Shown here one piece after another: positions 17,860 to 24,000 of a DNA stretch of 24,000 bases. How positions within the stretch are numbered: position 1 is the first letter of the stretch; every line of letters begins with the position of its first letter. The stretch is from Gammaproteobacteria bacterium BRH_c0. GTDB lineage: Bacteria > Pseudomonadota > Gammaproteobacteria > Pseudomonadales > Porticoccaceae. The notes under the pieces are model-generated. The model was not told the DNA's origin and made no database searches. It saw only the letters and a list, made by a program, of their open reading frames with translations. The DNA is taken from contig LADM01000128.1 of NCBI GenBank assembly GCA_000961645.1, positions 9,945 through 33,944 on the forward strand. Direction: 5' to 3'. A program made the translations under genes and the position numbers.

Positions 17860-18933
17860 TTACTTTTCAGTGTCTGAACTGAGATCAACCCGCAACAGCT
17901 GATTACCCACAAATGAACCCGCATAAAGATAATCCCCCACCACAACACCCACGGTGCCAGCGCCCATGGGCGGGCCAACCTGTTCGTGCAGCACGGTCAG
18001 TTTCATAGTGTCTGGGTCGATGGACTGCACCTTGAAGGGTGCGAGGCAGGGGCCGGTGGTGAAGCAGGTTTCGGGCAGGGGGCCACTGATGCCGGTGACC
18101 AGCAGTTTGCCATCCGGTGCCCAAGAGAAGTTGTCGGGGAAGGCCTTGACCTTGCCCAGTTCCTCGCCGGTGGCGTAGTCAATTTTGGTGACAAAGCCTT
18201 CGCCGCCTTCGGCGATAAATACATGGCGACCATCCTTGCTTACCGCTACGCCGTTGGTGAGGTTGGTGTCGCTGCCGGGCAGTTTGTCGACACCCTTGCC
18301 GGGCAGCCAGCGCCACAGGTTGCCGGTGTCGCCGGTGCGGGTCATGGCGGTCATCATGTCCTGGCCGTTGAGTTCAACCATATGCGATACCAGCAGGCCG
18401 CCGCCGGGGAGGGCAGCCACATCGTTGAGCTGGCTCTGTGGCGGCATCACCACGCAGCCGCGCCAGGCGAGGGCGGGTTTGCCCTGTTGCTCGACAATTT
18501 CAAACATTTCGACGGATTCGCGCGTGTGATTGACCGCGAGCAATTGCCAGGGGCCATCCTGACGCTGTGAAATATCGATGCCGTGGGCGGCGAATACATC
18601 GCCGGGGTTGGATTCGCAGCCGTTGTCGTCCCAGCGCTTTGGTGCGTTTTCCTTCACGTAGGCGATGGTTTCGGCCTTCAGGGTCTCTGTATCGAACAGG
18701 TAGAGGGGCAGGGGGTGCTCGCCTTCGAGGCCGCCAAAGGGGCTGAGCAGCAGGTGCTTGCCGTCGGGCATGACGTCGATGTCTTCCGGGGCGGGAAAGC
18801 CGCAGATGGCCTGGGCGTTGCCAACGGTTGCGCAATTGGGTTGCTCTACTGGTTTGGCGGCTTCGGCCATCAGGCCGACGCTGCTAAGGGTGAGGATGGC
18901 TGTCGCCAAAAGCTTGAGTTTATGGTTTTTCAT
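17860..18933 (-). CDS. Secreted SMP-30/gluconolactonase-like beta-propeller protein
   Basis: Start MKNHKLKLLATAILTLSSVGLMAEAA (signal peptide). Propeller-like repeats EDIDVMPDGKHLLLSPFGG, LNDVAALPGGGLLVSHMV, TNGVAVSKDGRHVFIAEGG, PDNFSWAPDGKLLVTG. Confidence 0.75.
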   Translation of the reverse strand: MKNHKLKLLATAILTLSSVGLMAEAAKPVEQPNCATVGNAQAICGFPAPEDIDVMPDGKHLLLSPFGGLEGEHPLPLYLFDTETLKAETIAYVKENAPKRWDDNGCESNPGDVFAAHGIDISQRQDGPWQLLAVNHTRESVEMFEIVEQQGKPALAWRGCVVMPPQSQLNDVAALPGGGLLVSHMVELNGQDMMTAMTRTGDTGNLWRWLPGKGVDKLPGSDTNLTNGVAVSKDGRHVFIAEGGEGFVTKIDYATGEELGKVKAFPDNFSWAPDGKLLVTGISGPLPETCFTTGPCLAPFKVQSIDPDTMKLTVLHEQVGPPMGAGTVGVVVGDYLYAGSFVGNQLLRVDLSSDTEK

Positions 18934-19309
18934 TGTTATTCCCTGTGGTTTTTGAAGTTGTGATGCCAGCAATAAACCCATGTTCTCTGGATGGGCGCAT
19001 TATTGGGCAGGCGTTGCCCTGCTGGTGGTCAAAAAGGGTGCGGGCGGGGGATTGCCTTGACCCCGGCTCTTAAATGGGTTCAGCTGGTGGTATTAACCCT
19101 GCTCAGGCCGTCTATAGTAAACGGGTATCCCTGTGAATTTAAAGGGCAGCGGGTGTCGGCTGTAAAAAGCATGGGCTTGCCCGCTAATCAGGCACAGAAC
19201 TTGCTGAACTGGAATGTAGAGGATTGGAATGTAAGGGAATGGGAGCCGCCGGTTGCTACTGCGGGCCGCGCGACTGGCAATAACCAGAAACACTACTGAC
19301 AGGTTGATA

Positions 19310-20764
19310 ATGGCTATCGATTGGAAGGCCTATAACCCCGAGGGGTTGTATGACGAGATCATCAGTTCACCCGGTAACCCACGCGTACCCGCTAAAAGCC
19401 TGGTTTCTTATCTGAGATCCCTCAGCGATGAGCAGCTGCAGGCGCGGCGCGCCAGTGCCGATGCCGTGATCAAGCAGATGGGCATTACCTTCACGGTTTA
19501 TTCCGAAGAGGGCAATATCGATCGATCCTGGCCCTTTGACATTATTCCCCGCGTTATCGCCCTCAAGCAGTGGCAAAAAACGGCCGCCGGGCTGGAGCAG
19601 CGCCTGCGCGCTTTGAATCTGTTTATTGACGATCTCTATCACGATCAGAAAATCGTCAAGGACAAGGTATTCCCCGAGTACATATTGCAGGAGTCGAAAA
19701 ACTTCCGCCCCGAGTGTGTGGGCATATCGCCTCCTTTTGGGGTGTGGGCGCATATTTGCGGCACCGATCTGGTGCGCGACAAGGATGGCCGGTTTTATGT
19801 GCTGGAGGATAACCTGCGGGTGCCTTCCGGCGTTTCCTACATGCTCGAAAACCGTGCAATTACCAAAAGGGTGCTGCCGGATCTGTTTGATACCGAAAAA
19901 ATCCTGCCGGTAAATGACTACACCTCGAACCTGCTCGAAGCCCTGACGTCGCTGTCGCCACGCAAGATCAGTCGCCCTTCCATCGTGGTGCTGACACCGG
20001 GCATCTACAACTCCGCCTATTTTGAACATGCCTTCCTCGCCCAGCAGATGGGCGCCGAGCTGGTGGAGGGCAGCGATCTGATGGTGGCGGATGACGAGTG
20101 TGTGTACATGAAAACCGTCGATGGCCTGGAGCGGGTGGATGTCATCTACCGTCGCATCGATGACCTGTTTATCGACCCCGAGGTGTTCAACGCGGAGTCG
20201 GTGCTGGGTGTGCCGGGACTGATGCGGGCCTGGAAAAAGGGCAATGTGGCCCTCGCCAATGCGCCGGGCGCCGGCGTGGCGGACGACAAGGTGGTGTATG
20301 CCTTTGTGCCGCAAATCATCAAGTACTACCTGGATGAAGACCCGCTTATTCCCAATGTCGAAACCTATCTGTGCGTCAACGACAAGGAGCGGGAATACGT
20401 GCTGGCCAACCTCGACAAACTGGTGGTCAAGCCCGCCAATGAATCGGGCGGGGCGGGCATGTTGATTGGGCCGCATTCCACCAAAAAAGAGCGCACCCTG
20501 TTTGCCGAGCTGATTCGCAAGAATCCCCGCAATTATATCGGTCAGCCTACCCTGAGCCTCTCCACGGTTCCCACGTTGGTGGACGGCAACGACCTTGAGC
20601 CGCGCCATGTGGATTTGCGTCCCTTTATTATCCAGGCGGAAAAAACCTCGGTCACCACTGGCGGGCTGACCCGCGTGGCGATGAAGCGCGGCTCCCTGGT
20701 GGTGAATTCTTCCCAGGGCGGTGGTAGCAAGGACACCTGGATTGTCGATACGGGGGCTAAATAA
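19310..20764 (+). CDS. Circularly permuted type 2 ATP-grasp protein (DUF404/DUF407)
   Basis: Motifs NIDRSWPFDIIPRVI, FRPECVGISPPFGVWAHICGTDLVRDKDGRFYVLEDNLRVPSGVSYMLENR, KPANESGGAGMLIG, GQPTLSLSTVPT, RHVDLRPFI. ATG at 19310. Confidence 0.93.
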   Translation: MAIDWKAYNPEGLYDEIISSPGNPRVPAKSLVSYLRSLSDEQLQARRASADAVIKQMGITFTVYSEEGNIDRSWPFDIIPRVIALKQWQKTAAGLEQRLRALNLFIDDLYHDQKIVKDKVFPEYILQESKNFRPECVGISPPFGVWAHICGTDLVRDKDGRFYVLEDNLRVPSGVSYMLENRAITKRVLPDLFDTEKILPVNDYTSNLLEALTSLSPRKISRPSIVVLTPGIYNSAYFEHAFLAQQMGAELVEGSDLMVADDECVYMKTVDGLERVDVIYRRIDDLFIDPEVFNAESVLGVPGLMRAWKKGNVALANAPGAGVADDKVVYAFVPQIIKYYLDEDPLIPNVETYLCVNDKEREYVLANLDKLVVKPANESGGAGMLIGPHSTKKERTLFAELIRKNPRNYIGQPTLSLSTVPTLVDGNDLEPRHVDLRPFIIQAEKTSVTTGGLTRVAMKRGSLVVNSSQGGGSKDTWIVDTGAK

Positions 20765-21699
20765 TGCTGTCGCGAGTTGCAGAACGCATTTACTGGATGA
20801 GCCGCTATCTGGAGCGGGTGGAAAATACTGCCCGGCTGATGGGGGTTTATACCAATCTGCTGATGGATATGCCTGCCGGAGTCAATATCGGCTGGTACAA
20901 CCTGGTCAGTCTCAATGACGCGGAGGAGTGGTTTGATGCTCACTATCGCGTGCGGGACGAGCGCAATGTCATGAAGTTTTTACTGGCTGACCGCGATTAT
21001 CCCGGCTCCATTGTCAACTCCCTGCAGGGCGTGCGCGAGAATATCCGCACCAGCCGCGATGTGGTGCCAGCGGAATCCTGGGAATACATCAACGAGCTTG
21101 CGCTGTACGTGCAGGATAACCAGAGCGCCGGAATCAATCGCGGGCAGCGCCACGAATTTATTGCCCAGGTGATTAAATCTTGCCAGCAACTGCAGGGGCT
21201 TTTTGTGAGCTCGATGATTGACGGGCAGGCGAAGAATTTTTTGCGCCTGGGGCGCAATATCGAGCGCGCTGATATGACCACCCGTATCCTCGATGCGGGT
21301 ATAGGCGTTGTGCTTGAAAATAACGGTAATGTATTGCCGACCACGGAATCCATTATCTGGGCCAATGTGCTGTATTCCCTCAGTGCTTATCTGCCCTATA
21401 CCAAGCGCCAGCGCAAATCCGTGAAGGGGGCGAGGGTGGCCAGGTACCTGCTCGAAGATGCCACCTTGCCGCGCACCATCCGCTTCTGCGGTGAAAGCAT
21501 GGCCACTGTCTGCAAGACGCTGCCGCGCAACAAAAAGGTGCTGAAAAAAATTGACCAGATTCGCAAAAGTCACTACCCGCCACTGGATGATGACAATGCG
21601 GTACTGGACGTTGGATTTAGCGACTACCTCAATGAGCTGCAATTGTTGATCGGCAGCGCCCACGAACTGTTTGCCGAAACCTGGTTTACCCTCGACTAG
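20764..21699 (+). CDS. Alpha-E domain protein
   Basis: MLSRVAERIYWMSRYLERVENTARLM...GRNIERADMTTRILD is the typical alpha-E start. Overlaps the ATP-grasp gene by 1 nt. Confidence 0.93.
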   Translation: MLSRVAERIYWMSRYLERVENTARLMGVYTNLLMDMPAGVNIGWYNLVSLNDAEEWFDAHYRVRDERNVMKFLLADRDYPGSIVNSLQGVRENIRTSRDVVPAESWEYINELALYVQDNQSAGINRGQRHEFIAQVIKSCQQLQGLFVSSMIDGQAKNFLRLGRNIERADMTTRILDAGIGVVLENNGNVLPTTESIIWANVLYSLSAYLPYTKRQRKSVKGARVARYLLEDATLPRTIRFCGESMATVCKTLPRNKKVLKKIDQIRKSHYPPLDDDNAVLDVGFSDYLNELQLLIGSAHELFAETWFTLD

Positions 21700-21735
21700 T
21701 GCTCTACATCTAGTCCAAACAGAAGAGCTGATTCC

Positions 21736-24000
21736 ATGACGATACGTGTAGCCATACACCACAAAACCCGCTACGACTATGATCGTCTGGTGGCCCTTGC
21801 GCCGCATATTTTGCGGCTGCGCCCTGCGCCCCATTCGCGTTCGCCGATTCACAGCTACAGCCTGAAAATCGAGCCGCAGGATCACTTTATCAACTGGCAA
21901 CAGGACCCCTTTGGCAATTACCAGGCGCGCCTGGTGTTTCCGGAAAAGGCCCGCAGTCTGTCCTTTGAAGTGGAAGTGATCGCCGACATGACGGTCTACA
22001 ACCCCTTTGATTTTTTTGTTGAAAGCTATGCCGACAAATTTCCATTCACCTACGACGATCAGTTGAAAAGGGAGCTGGGGCCTTATCTGGAAAAGGAAAA
22101 GGGCGGCCCGCTGTTTGATGCCTGGGTAAAATCCATCCAGGGCAAAAACATGCCGATCATTGATTTTCTGGTGATGATCAACCAGCGCCTGGAAAAGGAA
22201 ATCGATTACAGCCTGCGTTTTGAGCCGGGGGTGCAAAACCCGGAAGATACGCTCAAATTGCACAACGGTTCATGCCGCGACAGCGGCTGGCTGATGGTGC
22301 AACTGATGCGCCATCTGGGGCTTGCTGCCCGCTTTGCCTCTGGCTACCTGGTGCAGCTGACTTCCGATGTGAAATCCCTCGATGGCCCTTCCGGCCCGGA
22401 AGCGGACTTTACCGACCTGCACGCCTGGTGCGAGGTGTACCTTCCTGGCGCGGGCTGGGTCGGCCTCGACCCAACCTCCGGGCTGTTTGCCGGAGAGGGC
22501 CATATTCCCCTCGCCTGTACGCCGGACCCGATTTCCGCCGCGCCCATTACCGGCGCCACCGACGAATGCGAAGTCACTTTTAGCTACAGCAATGAAGTGA
22601 TTCGCATCCATGAAGACCCGCGGGTCACCAAACCCTACAGCGAAGACCAGTGGCAGTGCATCGACGCCCTCGGCAATTTCATAGATGCTGAATTCAAGAC
22701 TAACGATGTGCGGCTTACCATGGGTGGTGAGCCGACCTTCGTGTCGATCGATGATATGGATTCGGCCCAGTGGAATACCGAGGCGCTGGGTGAGGACAAA
22801 CTCTCCCTCGCCAAGGATCTGCTGTTGCGGCTGCGCGACCGTTTTGCCCCCAACGGCCTGCTCCATTACGGCCAGGGCAAGTGGTACCCCGGCGAGGAAG
22901 TGCCGCGCTGGGCGCTGGGCTGCTTCTGGCGCACCGACGGCCTGCCCCTGTGGCACGACCCAAAACTGCTGGCGCGTGTGGATAAATCCTATGGGCTGGG
23001 CCAGAAGGATGCCGAGTTGTTTGCCAAAACCCTCAGCACCATGGCCGGGATCAGCCCGGACTTTGTCAATCCCGCCTACGAGGACACCCTTTATTACCTG
23101 TGGAAGGAGCAAAGCCTGCCGCCGGGCATTGATTCCCACAAGGCCAATCTCAAGGATGGCCTCGACCGCATGCGCCTGGCGCGGGTGCTCAGTCAGGGCC
23201 TTGATAATCCGAGCGGCTATGTGTTGCCGGTGGGCTGGGATGAAGGGCTGGGCGGCTGGTACAGCACTCCCTGGGAAATGAAAGCGGGCAAGGTGATCTT
23301 GATTCCGGGGGATTCCCCAATGGGATTGCGCCTGCCACTCAACTCTCTGCCGGTGATCAGGCCCGAAGACGTAGAGCCGCCCCGCGATCCGTTCGAAGAG
23401 CGCGCCCCGTTGGTGGAAAGCATCGTTCCCGACAAGGATTATTCCCCCGCCTGGGGCAAAGTGGTACTGCAGAAGCCGGGCGATGTGAAACGCGCTGCAT
23501 CGGCAGCCAAAACCCCGCCACCAGCAGCCGCCAAAAAACCGGCTGCCCCCAAGCCGGTGTTGCGCACCGCGCTGTGTGTGGAAGTTCGCCAGGGCAAACT
23601 GTATGTGTTTCTGCCGCCCCTGGAGCAGCTTGAGCATTTTGTCAGCCTGATCAATCTGGTGGAGCGTACCGCCCAGGTTCTCGATACGCCGGTGGTGATC
23701 GAGGGCTATGAACCGCCCCGCGACAGCCGTATCCAGAAACTGCTGGTAACCCCCGATCCGGGTGTGATCGAGGTGAATATCCACCCCGCCAGCAACTGGC
23801 AGGATCTGGTGGCCAACACCACGGCGCTGTATGAAGAGGCCTTTCTGTCGCGCCTTGGCACCGAAAAGTTCATGCTCGATGGCCGTCATACCGGCACCGG
23901 CGGCGGCAACCATGTCACCCTCGGCGGCTCCACTCCGGCGGACAGCCCGCTGCTGCGCAGGCCCGACCTGTTGCGCAGCCTGATCACCTACTGGCAGCAC
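21736..24000 (+). CDS. Transglutaminase-like protein fused to DUF2126 region (continues past right edge)
   Basis: Plus-strand reading from ATG 21736 is open to the end: MTIRVAIHHKTRYDYDRLVALAPHILRLRPAPHSR..., NGSCRDSGWLMVQLMRHLGLAARFASGYLVQL, DLHAWCEVYLPGAGWVGLDPTSGLFAGEGHIPLA, LTMGGEPTFVSIDD, GQGKWYPGEEVPRW, RHTGTGGGNHVTLGG. Absent from the ORF track because no stop lies in the window. Confidence 0.95.
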   Translation, partial: MTIRVAIHHKTRYDYDRLVALAPHILRLRPAPHSRSPIHSYSLKIEPQDHFINWQQDPFGNYQARLVFPEKARSLSFEVEVIADMTVYNPFDFFVESYADKFPFTYDDQLKRELGPYLEKEKGGPLFDAWVKSIQGKNMPIIDFLVMINQRLEKEIDYSLRFEPGVQNPEDTLKLHNGSCRDSGWLMVQLMRHLGLAARFASGYLVQLTSDVKSLDGPSGPEADFTDLHAWCEVYLPGAGWVGLDPTSGLFAGEGHIPLACTPDPISAAPITGATDECEVTFSYSNEVIRIHEDPRVTKPYSEDQWQCIDALGNFIDAEFKTNDVRLTMGGEPTFVSIDDMDSAQWNTEALGEDKLSLAKDLLLRLRDRFAPNGLLHYGQGKWYPGEEVPRWALGCFWRTDGLPLWHDPKLLARVDKSYGLGQKDAELFAKTLSTMAGISPDFVNPAYEDTLYYLWKEQSLPPGIDSHKANLKDGLDRMRLARVLSQGLDNPSGYVLPVGWDEGLGGWYSTPWEMKAGKVILIPGDSPMGLRLPLNSLPVIRPEDVEPPRDPFEERAPLVESIVPDKDYSPAWGKVVLQKPGDVKRAASAAKTPPPAAAKKPAAPKPVLRTALCVEVRQGKLYVFLPPLEQLEHFVSLINLVERTAQVLDTPVVIEGYEPPRDSRIQKLLVTPDPGVIEVNIHPASNWQDLVANTTALYEEAFLSRLGTEKFMLDGRHTGTGGGNHVTLGGSTPADSPLLRRPDLLRSLITYWQH

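Noticed and set aside
17986-18570. 194-aa plus-strand ORF
   Set aside because: Antisense to the SMP-30-like gene, which has a signal peptide and propeller repeats on the minus strand.
19210-19239. Two imperfect 15-bp repeats (tggaatgtagaggat / tggaatgtaagggaa)
   Set aside because: Only two short imperfect copies in a non-coding region. Not distinguishable from chance without comparison.
19367-20608. 413-aa minus-strand ORF
   Set aside because: Antisense to the ATP-grasp gene, whose plus-strand motifs are unmistakable.
20980-22263. 427-aa minus-strand ORF
   Set aside because: Runs antisense across both the alpha-E and transglutaminase genes. No family signature.
22270-24000. 576-aa open frame on the minus strand
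   Set aside because: Antisense shadow of the high-GC transglutaminase/DUF2126 gene, which has clear family motifs on the plus strand. The minus-strand translation is low-complexity and His/Gln/Arg/Gly-rich.

Overview
This looks like a gammaproteobacterial chromosomal window. From left to right it holds: the 5' end of mutS (minus strand); a small accessory segment with frameshifted P450 and possible transporter relics plus an intact hipBA-type toxin-antitoxin pair; an AraC regulator divergent from a TPR-protein/DsrE-like pair; a signalling cluster (OmpR-type response regulator, HD-GYP protein, divergent PAS histidine kinase); a compact minor-pilin operon (pilE/fimT/pilV/pilW/pilX-like) ending in an unusually large 680-aa PilX-like protein; a 31-bp-arm palindrome; a solitary KAP-family P-loop NTPase; a secreted SMP-30/beta-propeller-like protein; and an ATP-grasp / alpha-E / transglutaminase-DUF2126 operon that runs off the right edge. 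The strongest anomalies are: (1) a 75-bp perfect direct repeat (about 91 bp at ~97%) of the mutS start/leader region flanking the hipBA segment, as att-like or duplication scars would; (2) the giant PilX-like protein and non-canonical prepilin motifs in the pilin operon; (3) the isolated KAP NTPase next to a near-perfect palindrome. No CRISPR array, rRNA, tRNA, integrase or transposase was recognised. I did not identify a clearly new multi-gene system; the candidates above need comparative genomics.
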